Origin: Anaeromyxobacteraceae bacterium | GTDB taxonomy: Bacteria > Myxococcota > Myxococcia > Myxococcales > Anaeromyxobacteraceae | Assembly: GCA_032654565.1 (NCBI GenBank) | Contig: JAULAX010000011.1 | Coordinates: 1 to 64,000 of the forward strand | DNA: 64,000 nucleotides | Reading direction: 5' to 3' | Part shown: positions 10,790-23,175 of the stretch, one piece after another | How positions within the stretch are numbered: position 1 is the first letter of the stretch | Layout: each line of letters starts with the position of its first letter | Made by a program: the position numbers and the translations under genes | The notes under the pieces: model-generated | Told to the model about the DNA's origin: nothing | What the model saw: the letters and a program-made list of their open reading frames with translations, nothing else | The model's database searches: none

Positions 10790-10852
10790 GGTTGACCTCC
10801 CTGACGACGTGGACCGCGAGAACCAGGTGGACCGCAGGAACCGGCCGCGACG

Positions 10853-11638
10853 CTACTGCGCCAGGTAGCCGCCGTCGACCACGAAGGGGCCGCCGGTGAC
10901 GCCGCCGGCCAGCTCGCCGGCCAGGTAGACCACCGCCGCCCCGATCTCCTCCACCGAGAGCAGGCGCCGCTGCGGCACCAGCGGGAAGATGACCTCCTCC
11001 AGCACCCGCTCCAGCGCCACGCCGCGGGTGCGGGCCAGGTCGCCGAGCTGGTTGCGGACCAGCGGGGTGTCGACGTAGCCGGGGCAGAGGGCGTTGACGG
11101 TGATGCCGTGCGGCGCCCCCTCCAGCGCCGCCACCCGGGTCAGGCCGAGGACGCCGTGCTTGGCCGAGTTGTAGCCGGCCTTGCCGGCGAAGCCGACCAG
11201 CCCGTTGACCGAGGCCACGTTGACCACCCGCCCCCAGCGCCGCTGCTTCATGTGCGGGAAGACGCGCTTGATGGCCAGGAACGGCGCCACCAGCATCACC
11301 TTGAGCAGCAGCTCGAACTTCTCGGCGGGGAAGTCCTCGATGGGGGCGACGTGCTGCAGGCCGGCGTTGTTGACCAGGATGTCGAGCCGGCCCCACCGGG
11401 CCAGGGCGGCGTCGATGGCGGCGTTGAGCTCCGCCTCCCGGGTCACGTCGCAGGGGAGGGCCACCGCCTCGAGCCCCTGCGCCGCCAGGCCGGCGACGGC
11501 GGCGTCGAGGGCCGGGCCGGGGCGATCCGAGAGCGCCAGCCGGGCCCCCTGCCGGCCCAGGTCGAGGGCCACCTGCAGGCCGATGGCGCCGGCGGCGCCG
11601 GTGATGAAGGCGACGCGCTGCAGGTGGGGCTGGGCCAT
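10853..11638 (-). CDS. bdhA: 3-hydroxybutyrate dehydrogenase (SDR)
   Basis: TGAAGAIG, NNAGLQHVAPIEDFP, KAGYNSAKHG, CPGYVDTPLV. Confidence 0.88.
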   Translation of the reverse strand: MAQPHLQRVAFITGAAGAIGLQVALDLGRQGARLALSDRPGPALDAAVAGLAAQGLEAVALPCDVTREAELNAAIDAALARWGRLDILVNNAGLQHVAPIEDFPAEKFELLLKVMLVAPFLAIKRVFPHMKQRRWGRVVNVASVNGLVGFAGKAGYNSAKHGVLGLTRVAALEGAPHGITVNALCPGYVDTPLVRNQLGDLARTRGVALERVLEEVIFPLVPQRRLLSVEEIGAAVVYLAGELAGGVTGGPFVVDGGYLAQ

Positions 11639-11658
11639 GCCGGGCTCTCCGCGGGGGG

Positions 11659-12642
11659 CTAGAAGGGGAAGTTGCGGGCCAGGTGCAGCGCCTCGCCGAC
11701 GAAGCCGCGCCGGAAGGCCAGCACCCCCACCACGAAGACGCTGCCGATGATGACCGTGACCCAGTCGCCGACCCCGGAGAGGTAGTTGTCCATGGTCACC
11801 ACCACCAGCGCGCCCACCGACGGTCCCATCACCGTCCCCATGCCGCCCAGCAGCGTCATCAACACCACCTCGCCGGACTTGTGCCAGTGGGAGTCGGTGA
11901 GGGTGGCGAACTGCAGCACCAGCGCCTTGGTGGAGCCGGCCAGCCCGGAGAGGCCGGCCGAGATCACGAAGGCCACCAGCTTGTAGCGGTCGACGTCGTA
12001 GCCGAGCGAGAGGGCCCGCGGCTCGTTCTCGCGGATGGAGCGGAGCACGTGGCCGAAGGGGGAGTGGATGGTCCGGTAGATGACGAAGAAGCCGAGCAGG
12101 AAGACGGCGTAGACCACGTAGTAGAGGGTCAGCGGCCGCTCCAGCGGGATCAGCCCGAAGAGCGCACCGCGCGGGATCCCCTGCAGGCCGTCCTCCCCGC
12201 CGGTGAAGGGGAGCTGCACGGCCAGGAAGTAGAGCATCTGGGCGAAGCCCAGGGTGATCATGGCGAAGTAGATGCCGGAGCGGCGGATGGCCAGGCCGCC
12301 GATGCACAGGCCGAGCAGGGTGGCCACCAGGGTGCCGGCCAGCAGCCCCAGCTCCGGCGGCCAGCCCCAGACCTTGAGCACGTGGCCGGTGACGTAGCCG
12401 GCGCTCCCCAGGAAGGCGGCGTGGCCGAAGGAGAGCAGGCCGGTGTAGCCGAGCAGCAGGTTGAAGGCGCTGGCGAAGAGCGCCATGCAGAGCACGTTCA
12501 TGAGGAAGACCGGGTAGACCATGAGCGGCATGGCCAGCCCCAGCAGCCCCATGGCGACGAAGAAGGCCCGCTTGCGCCCCGGGGTGATGATGCCGGCGCG
12601 CCAGGCGGCGCGGGACTCCTGGATCCCCGGAGGCCCGCTCAC
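11659..12642 (-). CDS. ABC permease (LivM-like)
   Basis: GYTGLLSFGHAAF, IRENEPRALSLG. Confidence 0.9.
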   Translation of the reverse strand: MSGPPGIQESRAAWRAGIITPGRKRAFFVAMGLLGLAMPLMVYPVFLMNVLCMALFASAFNLLLGYTGLLSFGHAAFLGSAGYVTGHVLKVWGWPPELGLLAGTLVATLLGLCIGGLAIRRSGIYFAMITLGFAQMLYFLAVQLPFTGGEDGLQGIPRGALFGLIPLERPLTLYYVVYAVFLLGFFVIYRTIHSPFGHVLRSIRENEPRALSLGYDVDRYKLVAFVISAGLSGLAGSTKALVLQFATLTDSHWHKSGEVVLMTLLGGMGTVMGPSVGALVVVTMDNYLSGVGDWVTVIIGSVFVVGVLAFRRGFVGEALHLARNFPF

Positions 12643-13502
12643 GTCTCCCTCCCGAACAGCCCGGCCGGGCGGAACAGCAGCACCACCGCCATGATGGCGA
12701 AGACCACGGTGGAGGCGGCCGGCGGGTAGAGGAACTTGGTCAGCCCCTCGACCAGCCCCAGCCCCAGGCCGGTGACGATGGAGCCGAAGATCGACCCCAT
12801 GCCACCCACCACCACCACCGCGAAGACCACGATGATCAGCGACGAGCCCATCGACGGGCTCACCTGGTAGATGGGCGCGGCCATCACCCCGGCGAAGCCG
12901 GCCAGGGCCACGCCGAAGCCGAAGGTGAGGGTCATCATCAGCGGCACGTTGACGCCGAAGGCCTGCAGCAGGCGCGGGTTCTCGGTGCCGGCCCGCAGGT
13001 AGGCGCCCAGCCTGGTCCGCTCGATGACGAACCAGCTGCCGAAGCAGACCACCAGCGAGACCAGCACCACCCAGGCACGGTACCTGGGCAGGTACATGAA
13101 GCCGAGGTTGGCCCCGCCCTGCAGCGCCTCCGGCACCGGGTAGGAGCTGCCGGAGTTGCCGTAGGCGTGGTGGAAGAGCCCCTCGATGATCAGGGTGAGG
13201 CCGAAGGTGAGGAGGAGGCCGTAGAGGTTGTCGAGCTGGTAGAGCCTGCGCAGCATGGTGCGCTCCACCGCCATGCCGAGCAGGCCGGTCGCCAGCGGGG
13301 AGAGCAGCAGGGCCGGCCAGTAGCCGATCCCCAGCTGGCTCAGCCCCAGCCAGGCCAGGAAGGCCCCGGTCATGTAGAGGGCCCCGTGGGCGAAGTTGAC
13401 CACGTTGACCAGGCCGAAGATGACGGCCAGCCCCAGCGAGAGCAGGGCGTAGAACGAGCCGTTGATGAGCCCCACCAGCAGCTGTCCGTAGAGCGCCTGC
13501 AT
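12639..13502 (-). CDS. ABC permease (LivH-like)
   Basis: GLAVIFGLVNVVNFAHG, VVVGGMGS. Confidence 0.9.
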   Translation of the reverse strand: MQALYGQLLVGLINGSFYALLSLGLAVIFGLVNVVNFAHGALYMTGAFLAWLGLSQLGIGYWPALLLSPLATGLLGMAVERTMLRRLYQLDNLYGLLLTFGLTLIIEGLFHHAYGNSGSSYPVPEALQGGANLGFMYLPRYRAWVVLVSLVVCFGSWFVIERTRLGAYLRAGTENPRLLQAFGVNVPLMMTLTFGFGVALAGFAGVMAAPIYQVSPSMGSSLIIVVFAVVVVGGMGSIFGSIVTGLGLGLVEGLTKFLYPPAASTVVFAIMAVVLLFRPAGLFGRET

Positions 13503-13524
13503 GCGGCCTCCTCCTCCTGGCCGG

Positions 13525-14748
13525 CTACTTCTTCACCGCCAGCGGGCAGGCCTGGGCCTCCACCGAGGGGAAGGCCTCTGCGGCCGGGATGGTCTTGACG
13601 ATGGTGTAGTAGTCCCACGCGTACTTGGAGGCCTCGGGGGCCTTCACCTGCACCAGGTACATGTCGTGGCGGAAGAGGCCGTCCGGTCCGATGCTCCCCT
13701 TGGCGAAGAAGTCGTTGACCGGGGTGGCCTTCATCCGGGCGATGACGGCGTCGGCGTCGTCGCTGCCGGCCGCCTTGATGGCCTTGAGGTAGTGGGTCAC
13801 CGCCGAGTAGAGGCCGGCCTGGACCATGGTGGGCATGGCCTTCTTCTTGTTGTCGGCGTGGGACTGGAACTTCTTCGACCAGGCGCGGCTGGCCTCGTCG
13901 CGGTCCCAGTAGAAGGCGGTGGTCAGGTACATGTTCTTGGCGATGGACAGCCCCAGGCTGTGGACGTCGGAGATGAAGACCAGCAGGCCGGCCAGGGTCT
14001 GCTTGGGGGTGAGGCCGAACTCGGCGGCCTGCTTGATGGTGTTGATGGTGTCGGCGCCGGCATTGGCCATGCCCACCACCTGGGCCCCGGAGGCCTGGGC
14101 CTGCAGCAGGTAGCTGGAGAAGTCGGAGCTGTTCTGCGGATGGCGGACCGCGCCCAGCACCTTGCCGCCCGAGGCCTCCACCACCTTGGCGGTGTCGGCC
14201 TCCAGCGACTTGCCGAAGACGTAGTCGGCGGTGACGAAGAACCAGCTCTTGCCGCCGTTCTTCACCACCTCGCGGCCGGTGCCGTTGGCCAGCGACCAGT
14301 TGTTGTAGGTGTAGTGGACGTTGTAGGCGTTGCACTTCTCGCCGGTGATGGCGGTGGTGGCCGGGCCGGAGAGCAGGGTGAGCCGCTTCTTCTCGGCGGC
14401 CAGCGGCATCACCGCCAGGGCGGTGCCGCTGTTGACGAGGTCGACCACCACGTCGACCCCGCCCTCGTCGAACCACTTGCGGGCGGTGTTGGAGGCGATG
14501 TCGGCCTTGTTCTGGTGGTCGGCGGAGACCACCTCGATCTTCTTGCCGAGGACGGTGCCGCCGAAGTCGGCCACCGCCATCTGTACCGCCAGCACCGAGC
14601 CGGGCCCGGCCAGGTCGGAGTAGAAGCCGGTCATGTCGGTGAGGACGCCGATGCGGACCACGCCGTCGGAGACCTTGTCGGCGGCCCGCGGTGCGGCGGG
14701 GAGGGTGAGCAGCGCGGCGGCCATCAGGAGGGATGCGAAAGCTCTCAT
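13525..14748 (-). CDS. ABC substrate-binding protein (Liv family)
   Basis: IGVLTDMTG, ADHQNKAD, FVTADYVFG; start could be 14766. Confidence 0.9.
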   Translation of the reverse strand: MRAFASLLMAAALLTLPAAPRAADKVSDGVVRIGVLTDMTGFYSDLAGPGSVLAVQMAVADFGGTVLGKKIEVVSADHQNKADIASNTARKWFDEGGVDVVVDLVNSGTALAVMPLAAEKKRLTLLSGPATTAITGEKCNAYNVHYTYNNWSLANGTGREVVKNGGKSWFFVTADYVFGKSLEADTAKVVEASGGKVLGAVRHPQNSSDFSSYLLQAQASGAQVVGMANAGADTINTIKQAAEFGLTPKQTLAGLLVFISDVHSLGLSIAKNMYLTTAFYWDRDEASRAWSKKFQSHADNKKKAMPTMVQAGLYSAVTHYLKAIKAAGSDDADAVIARMKATPVNDFFAKGSIGPDGLFRHDMYLVQVKAPEASKYAWDYYTIVKTIPAAEAFPSVEAQACPLAVKK

Positions 14749-14780
14749 CACGGACCTCTCTTCCATGCGGGGGGATGCAG

Positions 14781-15502
14781 CTAGACGCCCAGGAAACCCT
14801 GCAGCTTCTCCATGCTCGCTTCGAGCTGGTCCTTCTCGATCATGTCGACGATGCGGCCGTGCTCGACCACGTAGTGGCGGTCGGCGAGCTTGGCCGCGAA
14901 GCGGAAGTTCTGCTCCACCATCACCACGGTGAAGCCGCGCGCCTTGAGGGTGGCGACCGCCCGCCCCAGCGCCTGGACGATGACCGGGGCCAGCCCCTCG
15001 GTGATCTCGTCGAGCAGCAGCAGCTTGGCGCCGACGCGCAGGATGCGGGCCATGGCCAGCATCTGCTGCTCGCCGCCGGAGAGCTTGCTGCCCGGGCTCT
15101 TCCGCCGCTCCTCGAGGTTGGGGAACATGGCGTAGAGCTCGGCCACCGACATCCCGCCGCTCCCCACCGCCGGCAGCAGGGTGAGGTTCTCCTCGGCGGT
15201 CAGGCTGGCGAAGACGCCGCGCTCCTCGGGGCAGTAGCCGATGCCGAGCTGGACGATCTTGTGCGTGGCCATGCCCACCGTCTCGCGGCCGTTGAGCATC
15301 ACCGAGCCGGTGCGGCGGCTGGTGAGGCCGAGGATGGCCTTGAGGGTGGTGGTCCGTCCCGAGCCGTTGCGGCCCAGCAGCGTCACCAGCTCGCCGCGGT
15401 TCACCCGGAAGTCCACGCCGTGGAGGATGTGGGACTCGCCGTAGAAGGCGTGCAGGTCGGTGACCCGCAGCATCTCCACCGGCGGGGCGGCGACCGGGGC
15501 GA

Positions 15503-15506
<4 letters not shown>
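14781..15506 (-). CDS. ABC ATP-binding protein (LivF-like)
   Basis: GRNGSGRTT, LSGGEQQML, LDEITEGL. Confidence 0.9.
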
Positions 15507-16281
<775 letters not shown>

Positions 16282-16285
<4 letters not shown>

Positions 16286-16371
16286 GCGGCGGCTCCGGCG
16301 GCGAGGCGGGAGCGCGGGCCCCGGGGACCGGGACCGTCGAGCGCCTGTTCCACCATGGAGAAGCTCTTCAT
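16282..16371 (-). CDS. Candidate 29-aa leader peptide MKSFSMVEQALDGPGPRGPRSRLAAGAAA
   Basis: AAGGA 7 nt before ATG; its TGA overlaps the GTG of the livG-like gene (GTGA). Confidence 0.35.
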
Positions 16372-16461
16372 CCGGCGTTCCTTGCGGGGTTCGGCCGGCC
16401 GCTGTCCGATTTCGACGAGCTATAGACCGGTCGCGAAAAGTTTTCCGAACCATTTCCTGTC

Positions 16462-16478
16462 AGCAGCAGGTGTGCCAA
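16462..16478 (-). promoter_or_regulatory. Sigma-54 -24/-12 promoter
   Basis: TTGGCACACCTGCTGCT = GG-N10-GC, next to a bEBP gene. Confidence 0.8.
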
Positions 16479-16534
16479 CTGGTCGCAGTCCATGGGTCGA
16501 ATGAAAATAGCAGCAACGCAAGCACGTTGTACGC

Positions 16535-16557
16535 TCGACTCCCGTCCCAGAGTAATT
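16535..16557 (+). repeat. Single copy of the dispersed repeat
   Basis: TCGACTCCCGTCCCAGAGTAATT, 1 mismatch to the 52085 copy. Confidence 0.85.
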
Positions 16558-16572
16558 GAGTGGGAAGCCAAA

Positions 16573-16668
16573 GTCCGAGAATCTGGACCAGGCGAAGGAG
16601 TTGCGCGCAAGGGCCCGGCAGGTATCTATCTGTTTTTCGGGGTGTTGGTCTGGGTCCAGAAGATCGGA

Positions 16669-16690
<22 letters not shown>
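16573..16690. promoter_or_regulatory. Three GTCC-N8-GGAC palindromes (16573-16588, 16654-16669, 16675-16690), putative enhancer sites
   Basis: Identical half-sites and spacing, ~100-210 bp upstream of the sigma-54 promoter. Confidence 0.7.
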
Positions 16691-18125
<1,435 letters not shown>

Positions 18126-18129
<4 letters not shown>

Positions 18130-18575
18130 GGGGCCGGCGCCTCCGCCCGCTCCCCCGCCCGCGCCAGCTGCCGCTCCAGCACCCAGGCCAGCGCCGCGGC
18201 GCGCGGCAGGCCGAACGCCAGGCTGCCGAGGGCCACCGGCCACGGGGCCGAGAGGTAGAGCGTGAACATGGCGCCGTTGGTGAGGAGCCAGATCCCGGCC
18301 AGCAGCAGCCCCAGCGCCCGCCGCCGCCGCTCCACCTCGTAGAGGGCGGTGGCGAAGACCCCGGCGATCAGGCCGTTGATGGCGCAGGTCACCACCGAGA
18401 TGGCGTCCACCCCGAGCAGCCCCAGCATGTCGCGGAAGAGCTCGCTCATGTACGGCAGCAGCAGGTAGGGCGGGGTGGTGGCGGTGAAGAGCCGCCCCAC
18501 GGTGTCGAAGGCGAGGTGGACCAGCGTCGCGGTGAGGGCGAGCCTGGCCAGGCGCGGCGGGGCGGGCGGCGGCAT
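18126..18575 (-). CDS. Small multi-pass membrane protein coupled to the bEBP gene
   Basis: About four hydrophobic segments; 4-nt overlap with bEBP. Confidence 0.65.
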
Positions 18576-18664
18576 GGTCCGGTCGTAGCAGGGCGGGGGG
18601 TGGCGCGCCAGCGCCGGCGTGTTCCGGGCCGGCGGCGGGATCGGGGCCGTAGTAGGGTGCCGCG

Positions 18665-19276
18665 GTGCCGCGCCCGCCCGCGCCCGCCATGCCGGATGGC
18701 CCCGACGACGCCGCGCTGGTGGCCGCCGCGCTGCGCGGCGAGGCCGGGGCCCAGCGGGCCCTCTACGACCGCCACCGGCCCGCGGCCTGGCGGGTGGCCC
18801 GCGCCTTCGCCGACTTCGACGCCGACGACATCGACGACGTGGTCCAGGAGAGCCTGGTCCGGGCCTTCCGCAGCCTGGCCAAGCTGAAGGAGCCGGAGCG
18901 CTTCGGCCCCTGGCTCCTCACCATCACCCGCAACCGCGCCCTCTCCCGGCTGGCCCGCCGCCGGGCCGGCGGCGACCTGGCCGAGGAGCTGGCCCGGGAG
19001 GCCGAGGTGGCCGCCACCGAGCCGCCCGCCGCCCCCGACCCGTCCGCCGCCGCCGAGCTGGAGCTGGTCCGGCGGATCATCGCCGAGCTTCCCGAGGGGC
19101 CGGAGAAGGTGACCGTCCAGCTCTTCTACGTGGAGGGGGCGCTCTCGGCCCGGGAGATCGCCGAGCGGCTCGGGGTGGGCAAGAGCGCCATCACCATGCG
19201 GCTGGAGCGGTTCCGGGCCAAGGTGAAGCGCCGCCTGCTGGCCGAAGTGGCCAGGTTGAGGGGAGAGGGGTCTTGA
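18665..19276 (+). CDS. ECF RNA polymerase sigma factor
   Basis: DDVVQE, FGPWLLTITRN, region 4 SAREIAERLG; alternative ATG 18689. Confidence 0.9.
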   Translation: MPRPPAPAMPDGPDDAALVAAALRGEAGAQRALYDRHRPAAWRVARAFADFDADDIDDVVQESLVRAFRSLAKLKEPERFGPWLLTITRNRALSRLARRRAGGDLAEELAREAEVAATEPPAAPDPSAAAELELVRRIIAELPEGPEKVTVQLFYVEGALSAREIAERLGVGKSAITMRLERFRAKVKRRLLAEVARLRGEGS

Positions 19277-19281
19277 CGGTG

Positions 19282-20079
19282 ATGCACCTGACGACACCCA
19301 CCTACCTGGCCCTCCTCGACGGGACCCTCCCGGCGGGGGAGGCGCGCGCATTGGCGGCCCACCTCGACGCCGGCTGCGAGGCCTGCGAGGGCTGGTTGGC
19401 GGACCGGACCGGCGCCGATCGGCTCGACGGGCGGGTGGACGCCGCGCTGGCGGCCCTCTCCGTCGCGACCGCCGGGGCCGGCCACGATCTCGAGTACGCG
19501 CGCCTCACCCGCGCCCTGGCCGACGGGGCGGGCGCCGCGCCATCCCGCCGCCGCTGGGTGGTGGGGCTGGCGGTGGCCGCCGCGGTGCTGGTGGCCGGCG
19601 TGGCCGGCCTGGTCCAGCGCCCCTCTGCCCCCGCCCCGGACGGCTGGGACGGGAACAAGGGCCAGGCCGGGCCGGTGGTGCCGCTGCGGCTGCGCTTCCT
19701 GGTGCTCCTCCCCCGCGCCGGCGCCGTCCCCGGGATCGAGAAGGGGATCTCCGGGCAGGTGGTGTCGCCGGAGTCGAGCCTGCAGTTCCAGGTGGAGCTG
19801 GGGCGCGAAGCCGACGTGGTGCTGGCCCGCGTCACCGGCGCCACCGCCGAGCCCTTCTTCCACGCCCGGCTCCCGGCCGGCCGCACCGTGGTCTCGCTGT
19901 CGGGCCAGCCGGCGGCCTACCCCATGGCCCAGCTGGCCGGCCCGCAGCGCTTCCTGGCGCTGGCCGGGGCCCAGCCGGTCGAGCCGGCCGACGTCGACCG
20001 CGCCGCCCGGGGCGCCGCCGCCGCCGCCGGGCCTGGTCAGCCCATCTCCCTCGACGTCATCGAGGTCCACGTCCGCTGA
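19282..20079 (+). CDS. Membrane anti-sigma factor with zinc motif and extracytoplasmic domain
   Basis: HLDAGCEAC (HxxxCxxC), one TM helix, then GNKG and a beta-rich domain. Confidence 0.8.
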   Translation: MHLTTPTYLALLDGTLPAGEARALAAHLDAGCEACEGWLADRTGADRLDGRVDAALAALSVATAGAGHDLEYARLTRALADGAGAAPSRRRWVVGLAVAAAVLVAGVAGLVQRPSAPAPDGWDGNKGQAGPVVPLRLRFLVLLPRAGAVPGIEKGISGQVVSPESSLQFQVELGREADVVLARVTGATAEPFFHARLPAGRTVVSLSGQPAAYPMAQLAGPQRFLALAGAQPVEPADVDRAARGAAAAAGPGQPISLDVIEVHVR

Positions 20080-20144
20080 TCGTGCCCGGCGCCGGGGTCG
20101 AGACACTGGCGTGGGAAGCGCGGTTGCGGCATGACACGGGTGGA

Positions 20145-21830
20145 ATGGCGCTGACGACGCGACCGCGGCGGTGCGCGGGTGGCCTCGCGGCCGCCCTGGC
20201 CCTGCTCTGCCTCGGCTGCGCCGGCCTGCCGCTGGCCGGCGCCGGCGAGAAGGGCGGGCTGGTCCCGGTGGCGGTCTCCCCCGAGGCCCTGGCCTCGGCG
20301 CTGCAGCCCCGCCGCCTGGCCCTGCTGGTGGGCGTGCAGCGGTTCGACGACCCCCGCTGGCGGCCGCTCCGCTTCCCCGAGGCCGACGCCGCGGCCTTCG
20401 GCGAGGTGCTGCGCGACCGGGAGCGGGGCGCCTTCGACGAGGTGGAGGTGCTGGGCGGGGCGCCCACCCGGGACGGGTTCCGCCGGGCCCTGCAGCGGCT
20501 GGCCGATCGGACCCGCGACGAGCAGGACACCGTGGTCCTCTACCTCTCCTCGCACGGCACCCTGGCGCGCGACGCCAGCGGGCAGCTGCGGCGTTACCTG
20601 GTGCTGGCCGACACCGCGATGGCCGACGTGCCCGGCACCGCCCTCTCCATGGAGGAGCTGCGCCGCGACTTCGACCGGCTCCGCTCCCGCCGCAAGGTGC
20701 TGGTGCTGGCCACCTGCCACTCCGGCGGCGGCAAGTCGCTGCTCCCCGAGGGGGTGCAGCAGGAGCTGGCCGGCATCAAGGCCGGCTTCTTCGTGCGGCC
20801 CATCGAGGAGGTGAGCCGCGCCAGCGTGGTGCTGGCCGCCAGCGACTGGGGCGAGACGGCGCGGGAGGACGAGCAGCTCGGCCACGACGTCTACACCCAC
20901 TTCCTGGTCGAGGCCCTGCGCCTCGGCGCCGATCGGAACGGCGACGGCGCCGTCACCGCCTCGGAGGCCCACGACTACGCCCGGCGCATGACCTACCAGT
21001 TCACCGGCGGCCGGCAGCGCCCCAGCGCCGAGTCGACCGAGGTGGGCGTCGACCCCATCGTGCTGGTGGGCAAGGTGCTGCGGGCCGGCAAGCCCGAGCT
21101 CTACAGCTACGCGCCGGTGCTCGACGGCTTCGAGATCCGGGTGGACGGCAGGCCGCTGGCCGAGCTGCCCGGCGGCGTGGCGGTCGACCCCGGTCGCCAC
21201 CTGGTCCAGGTGGCCAAGGGGGGTGGGCCGGCCCTCTTCGACGGCCGCCTCGAGCTGGACGCCGGGCAGCGCGTCGACCTGCAGGACCTGGTGCGGCAGG
21301 CGGAGGGGCGGTGGGAGGTGGGCCCCCGGGTCGGCCTCTTCACCTTCCTCGACCAGGCCAGCCGGGACCAGCTCATCGGCCCCGCCGGCACGGTGGGCGC
21401 CACCGCCTCCTTGCGCGACTGGCCGGGGCGCCACCTGGTGCTGCGGGTGGACGTGGCCGGCTCGACCGGGCGCGGCGGCTACGCCGGGGCCGGCGGCAGC
21501 GCCAGCTTCGACTACCAGCTCTTCGCGGCCGGGGTGGCGGTGGCCTGGCGCGCCGAGCCGTCCTGGCTGCGGGGAGGCTCGCTGCAGGCCGGGCCGCGCC
21601 TCTCGGCGCTCCGGGTGGCCCGGCAGTTCGATCTGGAGCTGGCCGCGGCGTCGCAGACCTGGTTCACCCTCACCCCCGGGCTGCTGCTGGGCGCCGATTT
21701 CCCGCTCGGGAAGGGGCTGGTGTTCTCCACCGAGCTGCACCTCGACTGGGCGATGGTGAGGGTGGACGGGAAGGACCGCTCGACCGGCTTCGGCGAGTGG
21801 ATGGTGGGCGTGGGCTACCGGTTCCGGTAG
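20145..21830 (+). CDS. Caspase-like (peptidase C14) lipoprotein with PEGA-like segment and C-terminal beta-barrel-like region
   Basis: RLALLVGV, YLSSHG (His), LATCHSG (Cys), YTHFLVEAL, ADRNGDG; ends VGVGYRFR. Confidence 0.85.
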   Translation: MALTTRPRRCAGGLAAALALLCLGCAGLPLAGAGEKGGLVPVAVSPEALASALQPRRLALLVGVQRFDDPRWRPLRFPEADAAAFGEVLRDRERGAFDEVEVLGGAPTRDGFRRALQRLADRTRDEQDTVVLYLSSHGTLARDASGQLRRYLVLADTAMADVPGTALSMEELRRDFDRLRSRRKVLVLATCHSGGGKSLLPEGVQQELAGIKAGFFVRPIEEVSRASVVLAASDWGETAREDEQLGHDVYTHFLVEALRLGADRNGDGAVTASEAHDYARRMTYQFTGGRQRPSAESTEVGVDPIVLVGKVLRAGKPELYSYAPVLDGFEIRVDGRPLAELPGGVAVDPGRHLVQVAKGGGPALFDGRLELDAGQRVDLQDLVRQAEGRWEVGPRVGLFTFLDQASRDQLIGPAGTVGATASLRDWPGRHLVLRVDVAGSTGRGGYAGAGGSASFDYQLFAAGVAVAWRAEPSWLRGGSLQAGPRLSALRVARQFDLELAAASQTWFTLTPGLLLGADFPLGKGLVFSTELHLDWAMVRVDGKDRSTGFGEWMVGVGYRFR

Positions 21831-21880
21831 GGGCGTGACCGAAGATGGCGACCCGGGGTCCATGTGAAGGGATGGCACCA

Positions 21881-23086
21881 ATGACCGCACCGCATCGACT
21901 GGCGCTGGCGGCGCTCCTCGGGCTGGCCGGCTGCGGCGGGCTGGAGACGCCCGACCTCGCCCACGGCGCCGTCGAGGTGCGGGTGGTGGGGGCGAGCGCG
22001 GATGGCTTCGCCTATCCGCTCGGCCAGCCGGGGCTGTCGAGGCGGGTGGCCGCCGACGGGAGCGTCCGCTTCGACGGCCTGCCGGTGGGCCCGCTGCGGC
22101 TGCTGGTCTACGACGACACCCTCGTCGATGGGACCCGCCGCGCCGAGCTGGTCGGGGCGGTGGTCACCGGGGCCGGGGTGGTCCGCCTGGTGCGCAACGG
22201 CGAGAACGCCCCGGTGGCGCCCGCCGACAAGATGGCCTGGGCCGGCCGGGTGGTGGCCTCGGTGTCGCCCGACGGCGGCGGCCTCGCCGTGGCCCCCCGC
22301 TTCGCGGTGGTGGGGACCGCCCTGGCCGCCATCGCCTCGCCCGGCAGCCCGGCGGCGGAGCTCGGGCTGCTCCCGGCCGCCGCCGGGGTCTACCAGCTCA
22401 CCGCCGCCGAGGACGGCTACAAGCCGGCCACGCTGGACATCGACGTGGCCAGCGCCACCAACGGCTACGACGTGCCCCTGGAGATCGAGACCAGCGGCGA
22501 CGGTCCGCGCGGCTGCGAGGCCAGCGGCGGCGCCTGCGTCAACGGGCTCCACTGCGAGGCCGAGACCGGCCGGTGCGTCCAGTGCCTCGCCGACGGCGAC
22601 TGCCCCGCCGGCGCCAGCTGCGATCTCGGCGAGCACTTCTGCTCCGCCCCCCCGCCCGGCGGCCCCGGGTACGGGGCGGTCTGCTCCAGCTGCACCGTCG
22701 ACACCCAGTGCGACGGCGGGACGCTCGCCGCCGGCCGCTGCGAGCTGGCGGCCGGGTCGGCCACCGGGTTCTGCACCTGGGCGCCGCCGGCCGGCTACGG
22801 GAGCTCCTGCCCCGCCGGCTTCATCTTCGTGGCCGACGACGCCGGCATCGACCGCTGCCTCCCGGCCGTGACCTGCCAGGCCTACTTCGCCAAGTTCGGC
22901 CAGGGGTGCTTCAGCGACGACGGCTGCCAGGCCGGCGGGGCGGTGGCCGGATCCACCTGCTACGGCGCCGACCCCGACGTCGACGTCCCGGGGTACTGCA
23001 CGGCCGAGTGCCGGACGGCGCCCGACACCTGCGTGGTCCCGGGCTTCCACTGCGAGCCCGGCCTGCTGCGCTGCCTCAGGAACTAG
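21881..23086 (+). CDS. Lipoprotein with Cys-rich C-terminal half
   Basis: Lipobox LAGC; more than 20 Cys in EGF/Dickkopf-like spacing. Confidence 0.75.
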   Translation: MTAPHRLALAALLGLAGCGGLETPDLAHGAVEVRVVGASADGFAYPLGQPGLSRRVAADGSVRFDGLPVGPLRLLVYDDTLVDGTRRAELVGAVVTGAGVVRLVRNGENAPVAPADKMAWAGRVVASVSPDGGGLAVAPRFAVVGTALAAIASPGSPAAELGLLPAAAGVYQLTAAEDGYKPATLDIDVASATNGYDVPLEIETSGDGPRGCEASGGACVNGLHCEAETGRCVQCLADGDCPAGASCDLGEHFCSAPPPGGPGYGAVCSSCTVDTQCDGGTLAAGRCELAAGSATGFCTWAPPAGYGSSCPAGFIFVADDAGIDRCLPAVTCQAYFAKFGQGCFSDDGCQAGGAVAGSTCYGADPDVDVPGYCTAECRTAPDTCVVPGFHCEPGLLRCLRN

Positions 23087-23175
23087 CCTCCGTCCCCGCC
23101 CCTTGGGGGTGTTCGGCGTCGCGCCCCGTGCCGGAGCGAGGTAGAACGGGGAGCCATCGCCTCCGAGGGGATTCC

